A DNA stretch of 64,000 nt from an uncultured Actinomycetota bacterium (GTDB taxonomy: Bacteria > Actinomycetota > Acidimicrobiia > Acidimicrobiales > SZUA-35). Shown here piece by piece: positions 35,435 to 44,815 of this stretch. How positions within the stretch are numbered: the stretch's first letter is position 1; the number at the start of each line of letters is the position of its first letter. The stretch is from positions 101,454 to 165,453 of the forward strand of contig CAVTAP010000016.1 in NCBI GenBank assembly GCA_963732695.1. The letters run 5' to 3'. The position numbers were made by a program, and so were the translations under genes. The notes beneath the pieces were generated by a model. That model had not been told where the DNA came from, searched no databases, and saw only the letters and a list, made by a program, of their open reading frames with translations.

Positions 35435-35936
35435 AGAGGTTTCTTGCAGGTTCGAGTAATGAGCGAAGCGAGGCCCGAGCGTGGTGAAGATGGTATTTCA
35501 CCGCTCCGGACGTGATGCCCATGTGGTGGGCGATCTCGGTGATGGGAAGGTCGTCGATGTAGAAGAGAACAGCGGCTTTTCGTTGCTGTGCCGGTAGTTG
35601 ATCGAGTAGCTCTAGCGCCCCGGTCGTCTCGGTGCTCGCGCTGGTCGGGTCGAGATGGCTGACACGGTCCGATGCGCTGTCTCGTATCTCGCGCTGCTGA
35701 CGGCGCCGAGCCGATCGGTGGACGTCGCGGCTCCGGTTGATGGCCACTCGTCTCACCCATGTGACTGGGTTATCGAGCCGTTGCACCATTCTCCATCGTG
35801 TCGCGGCCTTGACGAAGGCATCCTGGACACTGTCACGGGCCAGCTCGCGGTCGCCGGTCATCGCAGTCAACGACCGCACGAGCTGGTCATAGTGGGCGTG
35901 AAAGAAGAGTTCGAAATCGGCGTCGGGGAACGTCAC
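35427..35936 (-). CDS. ECF-type RNA polymerase sigma-70 family factor
   Basis: 169 aa. Region 2 reads ...ARDSVQDAFVKAATRW...VTWVRRVAINRSRDVHRS. Region 4 reads LPAQQRKAAVLFYIDDLPITEIAHHMGITSGAVKYHLHHARASL. Confidence 0.9.
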   Translation of the reverse strand: MTFPDADFELFFHAHYDQLVRSLTAMTGDRELARDSVQDAFVKAATRWRMVQRLDNPVTWVRRVAINRSRDVHRSARRRQQREIRDSASDRVSHLDPTSASTETTGALELLDQLPAQQRKAAVLFYIDDLPITEIAHHMGITSGAVKYHLHHARASLRSLLEPARNLYG

Positions 35937-36036
35937 AAGTGAATCTCTCGCTGCCCCCGGCCGCAGTCACGACCTCGGATGAGGATGGTCCATCCCGCCG
36001 CCTGAGGCAAGTGACTAGCGTCACAGTCGGAGCGCT

Positions 36037-36300
36037 TCAAGCGGACTGGCGCTGCAGTGCCGGTACTGGGCCGAGCGCAAGTCGAGCCACCTTATGGGGG
36101 GGCCAGACGGCTGGTTGCCGCACAGGTAAAGTGGGTGGCGAGTGGTGGATTTGTCCCTTCAGGCGGGCCAGGGTCTCATCGAGATCAGCGATCTGATGTT
36201 CGAGTCTGGTCAGACCCTCGTAGTTCATACGTTGCGCCCACCGCATCTGAACCCATGACGAAAGCGGAGATCGAATCCCAAACTGATCGTTCCACATCAT
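36037..36300 (-). CDS. Small coiled-coil protein, copy 2 of the family at 6127..6369
   Basis: 87 aa, MMWNDQFGIRSPLSSWVQMRWAQRMNYEGLTRLEHQIADLDETLARLKGQI... The SD-like AAAGGGGG lies 4-5 nt upstream of the ATG. It sits directly upstream of and co-directional with the ECF sigma gene. Confidence 0.45.
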   Translation of the reverse strand: MMWNDQFGIRSPLSSWVQMRWAQRMNYEGLTRLEHQIADLDETLARLKGQIHHSPPTLPVRQPAVWPPHKVARLALGPVPALQRQSA

Positions 36301-36310
36301 CTGCCCCCTT

Positions 36311-36342
36311 TGACGTAAGACCGGGAGAATATACCTACGTCA
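36311..36342 (-). promoter_or_regulatory. Inverted repeat TGACGTA-N18-TACGTCA enclosing a TATATT -10-like hexamer, upstream of the small ORF and sigma gene
   Basis: Plus strand tgacgta (36311-17) and tacgtca (36336-42). The minus-strand TATATT lies at 36328-33, about 28-33 nt upstream of the ATG at 36300. Confidence 0.35.
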
Positions 36343-36551
36343 CGTCACCGACGGCCGGCTCGGTTTGCCAGCAGATTTATTCCGGAGATCAGGTTCACTA
36401 TTAGTCGACGTTTGGGGGCCCCGGGTGGCCCGGCCTGTCAAGGGGTGACTGAGTGGTAATGGTTGGGCCGTGGGCGACGATCCGACGCACGGTGAGGCCG
36501 AGATCACCAGTCGCCCACCATGCTGCCTCCACCGCATCAAGCACCGGAACC

Positions 36552-38094
36552 TGTCAAGGGTGGTGAGACAGTTTCTTGCTATTCGGTTGTGATGAGTGCT
36601 TCGGGTGTTGGTTCGTTGATCCAGGCGATGGTGGGGAGCTTGGGTGGGGTGGGTGGCCGGTGCCGGAATCGGGTGGGGTTGGCGGTGTAGGCGGCGTTGA
36701 GGGTGGTTTGGCGTTGGGCTCTGACCTCGGTGGCGGTGCCGTAGTGGACCGAGGCTGGGGTGTGGAGCCCGATCCCGGTGTGGCGGTGGACGTGGTTGTA
36801 GTGGTCGAAGAACGCGGCGCAGAACGTGCGGGCGTCTTGGATGCTGCCGAACCGGGTGGGGAACGCCGGGCAGTATTTGAGGGTCTTGAAGTTCGCCTCG
36901 GAGTACGGGTTGTCGTTGGAGACATGGGGGCGGCTGTGGCTGCGGGCGACGCCGAGATCGACGAGGAGCTGGGCCACCGGTTTGGAGGTCATCGACGTGC
37001 CCCGGTCAGCGTGCAAGGTCAGCTGGTCCCGGGTCGATGCCCTGGCTGGCGAGGGCCTGGTTGATGAATGCTTTGGCCAGCTCACCGGTCTCGGCCGGCG
37101 GCGACCGTCCAGGCGATGACGTAGCGGGAGAAGATGTCGATGATGACGAACAACTCGTAGTAGACGCCCCGCTGGGGGCCTTGGAGCTTGGTGATGTCCC
37201 ATGACCACACCTGGTTCGGGCGGCGGGCGACGAGCTCGGGCCGCTTGCGGGTCGGGTGGGTTCGTTGCCGGCGCCGTTCCCGGTTCTCACCCGTGACGGC
37301 CAACAACCGGTACATGGTCGAGATCGAACACAGGTAGATCCCGTCATCCAGCAGCTGGGCCCACACCTGGGCTGGGGCCAGGTCGCAGTACTCCTTGGAG
37401 CGCAACACCTCGAGGACCCGTTGGCGTTCCGGCTCGGTCAGCTTGTTCGCCGGTGTCCGGCGGCGGCACGGGCGGGCCGAGGACCGGTGACCGGCGACGG
37501 CGGTACACGCGTGGCCCGAGACGCCCCCAGCAGCCGACAGGCGCTGGATGGTCGAGGTCACCGCCTCCAACGCCCCGAGGTGCTCGGTGATCACGGCTTC
37601 GACTTCGTCTCGGGCGCCGCGCTCTCGGAGAGCTGCTCCAAGAGCGCATGCACTTTTCCCGTGATCTCCAACGCCGTCTTGGTCCTCGCCAACTCGGCCT
37701 CCAACTGCGCGTTCCGGCGCCGAAGCTTGTCCAACTCGACCGACTCCGGCCGACCGGCGGGGCTTACCCTTCGGAGCCAGCCCCTCGCGGGCCCCGGCCT
37801 CCCGGGCCTTGCGCCACTCGGCCAGATGCGACGAGTACAGGCCCTCCCGGCGCAGCAACGCCCCCCGCTCCGTCGAACCGACCGGCAGCCCGTCATACTC
37901 GGCGAGGATCCGCTCTTTGTACTCCACGGTGAAGGTCCGCCGGCGGGGCCGTTCGGCTGGGTCACGCTCGTCCACCCCATCATCATGGGCGCGCCCGAGC
38001 AGCGATGCAGATGTCATAGTCATCAGGTCTACGTGATCCTGTCTCGCCCCAGAGGGATGATCAGCTACTCCGACTGTCTCACCTCACCCTGACA
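36552..38094 (-). mobile_element. IS3-family insertion sequence (degenerate)
   Basis: Terminal inverted repeats tgtcaagggtggtgagacagt (36552-72) and actgtctcacctcaccctgaca (38073-94). A further related end-like sequence, cctgtcaaggggtgactgag, lies at 36433. Confidence 0.8.
36579..38023 (-). pseudogene. IS3-family transposase OrfAB carrying extra frameshifts
   Basis: The OrfA N-terminus (RRTFTVEYKERILAEYD...) and the OrfA leucine zipper (VELDKLRRRNAQLEAELARTKTALEI) lie in different frames. The OrfB catalytic core is split over three frames (...WSWDITKL...YYELFVIIDIFSRYVIAW / ETGELAKAFINQAL / LTLHADRGTSMTSKP...SHSRPHVSNDNPYSEA). That is at least three disruptions beyond the normal programmed -1 shift. 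Confidence 0.8.
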
Positions 38095-38444
38095 GACAGG
38101 GCACTGCGTCCCGCTCGGGGATGGCATGACACCCCGGTCACAGTAGAGCCATCACTGCCAGACCGGTCACCAAGTGACTGTTTCATACCGACCGGCTGTT
38201 TGCTGCGGGCCCCCGATAGTGAGGCCTGTCCGCACCGCGGGGCCCTCGGGTAGATCCCCTTGGGAGGAGGCCATGCTCGCCGGACACGTGGGGCAGGTCC
38301 GAGAGCACCTTTGCCTCCCCCCAAGGGGCAACGGCTACATGGTGGTGGATCGCTGTGCGGGCAGACCCCACCTAGGAGACTGCTGAGCAATCGGGGATGA
38401 CGGTGCTCGTCGTTTCGGGTCGGCGGATCGAAAAGAATGGGGGG

Positions 38445-39995
38445 ATGCAAGGTTCGTCTCGCCCGGATCGTGAGCTGCTCGACGCTGCGGCGCTGTGTGG
38501 CCATCTGCTGGGGCAGGGCTCGGTGCACGCGTTGCTGGCCGGAGCACCGCCGGACGCCTGTTCCCCGATGAGATGTTCGCTGACCTGTTCCCCTCCGGTC
38601 GGGGCCGCCCGTCGGTGCCCAGCTGATGTGATCGCAACGGTGATGGTCCTGCAGGCGTTGGAGGGCAAGTCCGACCGGGAGGCAGTCCGAGCGCTGGAAC
38701 GCGACATCGCCTGGAAGGCCGCGGCCGGGTCTGGCGTTGACCGACGAGGCGTTCCACCCGACGGTGCTGACCTTGTGGCGCAACAAGCTGCGGGCGTCGG
38801 AGGACCCGCAGCGGATCTTCAACGCGGTGCGGGCGGTGGTGGACGAGACCGGGGTGATCACCGGCAGCAACCGGCGGGTGCTGGACTCGACGGTGCTGGA
38901 CGACGCGGTGCAGCGCCAGGACACGATCACGATGCTGGTCACCCAGATCCGCCGGGTCCGCAAGCTCATCCCCGAGCTGGCCTCGGTGTGGGTCCGGGAG
39001 CACAACCTGGAAGGCGGGCCGGCCGCCGTGTCGACTGGGACGACCCCGGCGACATCGACCGGCTCGTCACCGAACTGGTCGACGACGCCAACGAGCTGGT
39101 CTGGGCGGCCGAGGACCTCCAGGCCGACGGGCTCGTGCTGTCAGCAGGTGCAGGCCGACGCGGTGGCGTTGTTGGCGCTCGTGGCCGGCCAGGACGTCGA
39201 GCCGGGTGACGGGCCGGGGCAGTGGCGCATCGCCCGGGGCACCGCCCCCGACCGGGTCGTGTCGACCGTCGATCCCGGAGTCGCGTCACGTCCACAAGAC
39301 CCAGCACTCCTATCGGGACGGCTACAAGGCCCACGTCGCGGTCGAGCCCGACACCGGGCCTGATCACCGACGTCGAGCTGACCGCCGGCAACGTCGGCGA
39401 CGCCGAAGCCGCCCCCGAGCTGATCGAGGACGAACCCGAAGGCACTGAGTCGTGCTCGGCGACTCCGCCTACGGCGCCGGCGAGTTCCGCGCCCATCTCG
39501 CAGGAGCGGAACATGCAGGCGGTGATCAAGCCTCCGCCGCTGCGAGCCGCGGTCGAAGGCGGGTTCACGCTCGACGACTTCGACATCGACGCGACCGCCG
39601 GCACCGTCTACCTGCCCCGCCGGCGTGAGCGTCACCATCACCCCGGTCAGGGGCCGCACGGTTCGCTACCAACTGCACGGGCTCTGCCCGTGCGCTCGCG
39701 GTGCACCACCGCCAGAGGCGGCAGGGTCATCGTGCTGCACCCCCACCACGCCCTGCTCGTCCGCGGCCCGGGCCTTCGCCGGCACCGAGGAGTTCGCCGA
39801 CCCCTACCGCCAGCACCGGCCCGATGGTCGAGCGCAGCATCGCCTGGCTCGTCCGCGGGGCCAACCGCCGGCTCCGCTACCGAGGCATCGAACGCAACCG
39901 GCTCTGGCTCGCCCACCGCGCCGCTGCCGTCGAACCTCAACCGGCTCATCAAGCTCGGCCTCACCCACACGCCCACCAGCTGGACCATCGCCTGA
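38445..39995 (+). pseudogene. IS1182/IS5-like DDE transposase remnant with multiple frameshifts
   Basis: Homologous segments are scattered over three frames: MQGSSRPDRELLDAAALCGHLL..., ...ADVIATVMVLQALEGKSDREAVRALERDIAWKAAAG, DEAFHPTVLTLWRNKLRASEDPQRIFNAVRAVVDETGVI..., ...HKTQHSYRDGYKAHVAVEPDTG, ...RSIAWLVRGANRRLRYRGIERNRLWLAHRAAAV. Confidence 0.75.
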
Positions 39996-40264
39996 CCGCC
40001 ACCTCCCGGCGGCGGCCACCCGGCCGGCAACCGCCGATGATCAATCACCACACGAGACCCAGACCACCAGCCGCCCACCGCGCCCTCTTAGCGCACAACA
40101 AGCGCCTTGCTCAGCAGCCTCCTAGCCGAAGGCTCCCCTAAGGAGCCCACTAGTTATCTACACGCCGCCGCCCCCTAGGAAGGATTGGCCAGCCGAGGGT
40201 TCTCCGACGGTAGCCCGACACGTGAACTACTCACCTCGGCTGGTTCTTTCACCCGGCCCAGTCG

Positions 40265-40306
40265 CCTCCCAAGCTGACGATGAGGGTTCGATTCCCTTCG
40301 CCGCTC
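40265..40306 (+). repeat. Degenerate third copy of the tRNA-Gly 3' segment (att-like repeat 3)
   Basis: cctcccaagctgacgatgagggttcgattcccttcgccgctcc. Against the 44-bp repeat it has two transitions, a 1-nt deletion and one terminal mismatch. Confidence 0.8.
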
Positions 40307-40479
40307 CAAACCCGACCAGCTGAAACTGACCCGAACACCCGGCTCGGGCGGTTACGGCACGTGACCCACTGGGGTTCGGATCGCCGGGCAGCTCGCGGTT
40401 GCCGTCTCCACCGAGGAACGCTGCTTTCGAACTCTGTCCTGAACCGCATCGACAAGCAGCCCCCGGCTCGACCGTCGGC

Positions 40480-40713
40480 ATGAAGCAGACCACGATCAAG
40501 CTGACGACCGAGACGCGAGATCGACTCCGCGATCTCGGCGGCGACACCTACGAGGACACGATCATCGAAGCCCTCGACCTTCTCGAAGAAGGGGAATTCT
40601 GGGCGCGAGCCGATAGGGCCGCATCGTGGCGTGCGTCGCTTCCCGCCGACGAACGGGCCGAGATCGAGCGCCGCGAGGCGGGACTCGATGCGATGCTGCA
40701 CGGCTTACGGTGA
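40480..40713 (+). CDS. Antitoxin-like small protein, copy 2
   Basis: 77 aa, MKQTTIKLTTETRDRLRDLGGDTYEDTIIEALDLLEEGEFWARADRAASWRASLPADERAEIERREAGLDAMLHGLR. It differs from copy 1 at only a handful of residues. Confidence 0.65.
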   Translation: MKQTTIKLTTETRDRLRDLGGDTYEDTIIEALDLLEEGEFWARADRAASWRASLPADERAEIERREAGLDAMLHGLR

Positions 40714-41011
40714 TGCACTCCGACGTTTTCCTCGCCGAGGCCGGTCAGCAACACAACGCATCCAGGTAGTGGTGCTCACCGACAGCGAGTTCAACCGCCG
40801 CGCCGGTCGAGTGGTCGTCGCCCCACGCTTGGACGGTCCTCCAGATGCGATCGCCAGCCCCTGGCGCGTACTCGATGGCGACAGTGTCGACGCCGTCGAT
40901 TTCATGCTGAGCCTGGATTCGGCCCGGCTGCGCGAGCTCAACGGTCACGTGTCAGAAACCGCACAACGACGGATACGCCTCGTCCCTGGATCATCGACGC
41001 CTGTCGGATGA
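40710..41011 (+). pseudogene. MazF/PemK-like toxin, copy 2, frameshifted near the 5' end
   Basis: From GTG at 40710 the frame stops after 19 codons (…CAG CAA CAC AAC GCA TCC AGG TAG). The rest of the homology (RIQVVVLTDSEFNRRAGRVVVAPRLDGPPDAIASPWRVLDGDSV...) lies in another frame. Relative to copy 1 there is a 3-nt deletion and a 2-nt insertion. Confidence 0.55.
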
Positions 41012-41066
41012 CCGTTCCGGCGGCCGGTATCGTCGCTGGTTCGCACGCCGTGACTGGAGGCAGCTG

Positions 41067-41471
41067 ATGAGCGGACCGGTCCTGTACCTCACCTTCGCCG
41101 GGAACGCCGGGGAGGCGCTCGGCTTCTACGCCGGGGTGTTCGGCGGGGACCTCCAGCTCAACACGTACGCCGACTTCTCCCGCTCCGACGGCCCCGCCGA
41201 CGCCATCGCCCACGGCGTGCTCAGCAACGGGCCGGTGGCCCTGTTCGCCTCCGATGCCGCCCCCGGCGAGCCCTCGGTGCGGATGGAGGGCGTCCTCCTC
41301 TCCCTTCTCGGCACGGCCGAGCCGGCCGTCCTCCACCGGTGGTTCGACCAGCTGGCCGACGGCGGCACCGTGCTCGACCCCCTCGCTCCCAAGCCCTGGG
41401 GCGCCTCGGACGGCCAGGTGGTCGACCGGTACGGCCTGCGTTGGCTCGTCGGCTACGAGCCCGGCGGGTAG
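41067..41471 (+). CDS. VOC-superfamily protein (PhnB/YjdN-like)
   Basis: 134 aa. LYLTFAGNAGEALGFYAGVFGG...WGASDGQVVDRYGLRWLV. Confidence 0.75.
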   Translation: MSGPVLYLTFAGNAGEALGFYAGVFGGDLQLNTYADFSRSDGPADAIAHGVLSNGPVALFASDAAPGEPSVRMEGVLLSLLGTAEPAVLHRWFDQLADGGTVLDPLAPKPWGASDGQVVDRYGLRWLVGYEPGG

Positions 41472-41543
41472 CCCGCAACCCCGCCGCTCCCCCACCCCGT
41501 CGACGCGAGGTTCGGCCCCGCCCGGCCGGGGAAGGCTCGGCAG

Positions 41544-42524
41544 ATGACGTCGCCCACTGCCACTTCCACCCCGTTGGCCCGAGCGGCCGACCTGGCGCTG
41601 GAGGCGTCGATCGTCGGGAGCTACACCGCCGTTGGCTTCCGGGCCCGCAACGCCCTCGGCCACTGGCCGCCACCGGTTGGCACCGATCTGCGGGGCCGCA
41701 CATTCCTGGTGACCGGCGCCAGCCGCGGCATCGGCCACGAAACCGCCTCCATGCTCCTCGCCGCCGGGGCCGCCATCCGCTCGGTCTCCCAGTCGGCTGA
41801 CCGGGCCGACGAGGCCACCCGACGCCTACAGGCCCGCCATACCGACGGTGACGTCGCCTTCGTTGTGGCCGATCTCACGGTCGCTGACGATCTCGCCCGG
41901 GTGGCCGCCGAGCTCCGGCGGGAGCTCACCCACCTCGACGGCATCGCCCATTGCGCCGGCGCCTTCTACTCCGACCTCACCCGCACGGGCGACGGGATCG
42001 AGGCCAACGTCGCCCTCGGTGTGGTGGCGCCGCACCGCCTCAACCGCCTCCTGGCCGACCAGCTGGGTGCCGCCCCCGACCCCCGGGTGGCGATCGTCGC
42101 CTCCAGCGGCGCCTACCTGCACCGCCTCAGCATCGGTGCGCTCGACCCCGACGATGCCAGCCGCTACCGCCCGCTCGCCGCCTACGCCCTCACCAAACGG
42201 GCCCAGATCGTGCTCACCCACGCCTGGGCCCAGCGCCGGCGCACCATCGCCTTCGATGCCATGGCCCCCGGCTGGTCCGACACCGAGCTGCTCCGCCAGG
42301 GCCTCCCGCGCTTCCGGCGGATGCTCCGCCCGGCCCTGCGCTCGGCCGCCCAGGGCGCCGACACTCTCGCCTGGCTCCTGGCCCGCCCCGACCCCCACCG
42401 GACCACCGACCGCTTCTGGCACGACCGCCGCCCCCGCTTGGAGCACCGGTTCCCCTGGACCCTGGGCGGTGACGGGCCCGACGAGCTGTGGGCCTGGTGC
42501 GAGCAACGGAGCCCGACCGGGTGA
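41544..42524 (+). CDS. Short-chain dehydrogenase/reductase (SDR)
   Basis: 326 aa. Cofactor motif FLVTGASRGIG, and YALTKRA carrying the catalytic Y..K. Confidence 0.85.
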   Translation: MTSPTATSTPLARAADLALEASIVGSYTAVGFRARNALGHWPPPVGTDLRGRTFLVTGASRGIGHETASMLLAAGAAIRSVSQSADRADEATRRLQARHTDGDVAFVVADLTVADDLARVAAELRRELTHLDGIAHCAGAFYSDLTRTGDGIEANVALGVVAPHRLNRLLADQLGAAPDPRVAIVASSGAYLHRLSIGALDPDDASRYRPLAAYALTKRAQIVLTHAWAQRRRTIAFDAMAPGWSDTELLRQGLPRFRRMLRPALRSAAQGADTLAWLLARPDPHRTTDRFWHDRRPRLEHRFPWTLGGDGPDELWAWCEQRSPTG

Positions 42525-42739
42525 GACCTCAACCGTGGGCTCCTCACCCCCGGTTTCTCGTTCCACATCGGCGAAACAGCCCTCGCCCGGCCAAAACCAG
42601 CCTCTGTTACCCAGTCTGTGCAACCAGGAACATGCGACGGCATACTTGGGTGTAATGACCTGGCAACGGGGTGCCCCCGGGGCATAAGCCCTGAAGGTAC
42701 TCTGAGCAGTTCAAGTGCGGAACGGGCGGAGGTGGCGAA

Positions 42740-44815
42740 GTGCCTCGACCGGGTGACGGCCGTGGGAACACGGCCGAATGGACGCGGCTGCACGAGCTAC
42801 AAAGGGAACTGCGAATCGAGATCGGTAGGGCTACCGATCCAGAGGAGCGCGCCCGGCTGCAGCATCAATTGGTCGACGCGCGCCTGGCGTTGGCCCAGCT
42901 CGACCCTGGTAACGCTGATGGGGAGGCACCGGCGGCCGATCCGGCCCCAGCCGACGAGGCCGCGGGCCCCGCCCCGGACGATCCGGCACCGGGTGACCCG
43001 ACGACGAACGGTGCGGCGACCGGCAAGCCCCTGGCCCCCACCGGCGCCCCGGCCAGCGACGACGACAGCGAGATCGACGATCTGATCGACGCCCTCACCG
43101 GAGCCGGCACCGTGCCCCTCAAGCCGACCCCGGCCCGGCCGCCCGTGTCGTGGCGCACAGTGGCCACGGCCGTGGGCGTGGTGGGCATCCTGCTCAGCGT
43201 CGGCCTCTCGTGGCTCGCCTTCAACCGCACCTCACCCGGCACCGACGTCGAAGCCGGCGCCACCTCCACCACCACCGGCACCCAGGGCATCAACGACGAC
43301 CTGGAGGCCGACATCCGCGCCGTCCTGACCGCCGTGGGCCTCGACTCGATCGAGGTGGAGGCGGCCGACGGCACGGTCCACCTCCGCGGCTCGGTGCCCA
43401 CCGCGGCCGACCTCGACACCGCCACCCGGGCCGCCGAGGCCCTGCTGCCGGCCGGTGTCACCCTCGACACCTCCGCCCTCACCGTTGGTGAGGCGACGGC
43501 CCAGGCCGCCTCCGCCAGCCCCGAGCAGCAGGCCCGGGCCACGGCGTTCCAGGCTGAGCTGTACCGGATCCTGGCCAGCACACCGCTCATCTTCGACGTC
43601 GGCGCCAGCGAGCTGACCCCACTCCACCAGCGGATCCTCAACTCCGCCGCCCTGGTGGTCAACGCCTACCCCGAGCTGCCGGTCACCGTCGTCGGCTACA
43701 CCGACGGCCAGGGCGACCCCGAAGCCAACCGTCAGCTCAGCCTCCAGCGGTCCGAGGCGGTCAAGGCCTACCTGCAGGCCCAGGGGGTTGACGGCAACCG
43801 TCTGATGGTGGAGGCCCGGGGCGAGGGCACGTCCACCGGTTCAGCCGACCTGGCCAGCCTGGAGCGCCGGGTGGAGCTCGAGGTGGCCATGCCCGGCACC
43901 ACGCCCCCGGCCGACGCCGGCAAGCTCCGCATCGGCGTGGTGGCCCCCAGCGCCGCCAACGACATGGCCTTCACCCAGAGCATGGTCGACGCCGTGAACC
44001 TGCTGGCCAGCGAACGGGGCAACGTGGAGGTCGACGTCTCCGACAAACTGTTCGTGCCGGCCGACGCCGCCACCGCCGTTCGCGGCTACGCCGACGACGG
44101 CTACGACCTCGTGATCGCCCACGGCGTGGAGTTCGGCCCCGAGCTGACCAAGATCGTCAAGGACCACCCGGGCACCACCTTCGCCTGGGGCACCGCGGTC
44201 GACACCTTCGGGCTGCCCAACCTCTACGCCTACGACGCCGCCGCCGAGCAGGGCGGCTACGTGATGGGGGCCATGAGCCAGATGCTCAGCGCCCACCAGG
44301 TGATCGGCGTGGTGGGCCCGCTCGAGGTGGGCGACGCCAAGCGCTACGTCAACGGCTTCTCGGCCGGCGCCAAGTCGCTCGACCCCACGACCACGGTGCT
44401 GGTGGACTACACCGGCTCGTTCGGCGACATCGCCCTGGCCGCCGAGGCGGCCACCAAGGACGTCGGCCTGGGGGCCGACGTGCTGACCGGCACGGGCGAG
44501 ATGGTGGTGGGTGCCATCTCGGTGGCCCAGGCCAACGGGGCCCTCTGGTTCGGCACCCAGGCCAGCCAGGCCTCGCTGGCCCCTCAGAACGTGGTGGCGT
44601 CGCAGATCTACCGGTGGGAGGTGGTGTTGCGGCCGATCGTGGCCGACCTCGACGCCAACGTCCAACAGGGCCGGAGCCTGGTGGCCGACATCGCCAACGG
44701 CGGGCTCGTGATCGAGTACAACCCGACCTACGCCCTGGCCCCCGACATCAAGGCCAGGGCCGACGATCTGGTCAACCAGATCGTGGCCGGCACGCTCGTA
44801 CCCCCCCGGGGGTGA
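42740..44815 (+). CDS. Multi-domain envelope protein: coiled/Pro-rich N-terminus, TM helix, BON-like domain, OmpA-like domain and BMP-family (PnrA/Med-like) substrate-binding domain
   Basis: 691 aa. TM VATAVGVVGILLSVGLSWLAF. BON-like IRAVLTAVGLDSIEVEAADGTVHLRGSVPT. OmpA-like VTVVGYTDGQGDPEANRQLSLQRSEAVKAYLQAQGVDGNRL. BMP-like LRIGVVAPSAANDMAFTQSMVDAV...YDLVIAHGVEFG. Confidence 0.75.
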   Translation: MPRPGDGRGNTAEWTRLHELQRELRIEIGRATDPEERARLQHQLVDARLALAQLDPGNADGEAPAADPAPADEAAGPAPDDPAPGDPTTNGAATGKPLAPTGAPASDDDSEIDDLIDALTGAGTVPLKPTPARPPVSWRTVATAVGVVGILLSVGLSWLAFNRTSPGTDVEAGATSTTTGTQGINDDLEADIRAVLTAVGLDSIEVEAADGTVHLRGSVPTAADLDTATRAAEALLPAGVTLDTSALTVGEATAQAASASPEQQARATAFQAELYRILASTPLIFDVGASELTPLHQRILNSAALVVNAYPELPVTVVGYTDGQGDPEANRQLSLQRSEAVKAYLQAQGVDGNRLMVEARGEGTSTGSADLASLERRVELEVAMPGTTPPADAGKLRIGVVAPSAANDMAFTQSMVDAVNLLASERGNVEVDVSDKLFVPADAATAVRGYADDGYDLVIAHGVEFGPELTKIVKDHPGTTFAWGTAVDTFGLPNLYAYDAAAEQGGYVMGAMSQMLSAHQVIGVVGPLEVGDAKRYVNGFSAGAKSLDPTTTVLVDYTGSFGDIALAAEAATKDVGLGADVLTGTGEMVVGAISVAQANGALWFGTQASQASLAPQNVVASQIYRWEVVLRPIVADLDANVQQGRSLVADIANGGLVIEYNPTYALAPDIKARADDLVNQIVAGTLVPPRG

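Noticed and set aside
38079-39005. 308-aa and 222-aa minus-strand ORFs
   Set aside because: They are antisense to the IS1182-like transposase remnant and have no family resemblance.
42525-42739. 215-bp leader upstream of the BON-OmpA-BMP gene, examined for a riboswitch
   Set aside because: I could not recognise any known riboswitch consensus by eye. A covariance-model scan (Rfam/Infernal) would be needed before any claim.
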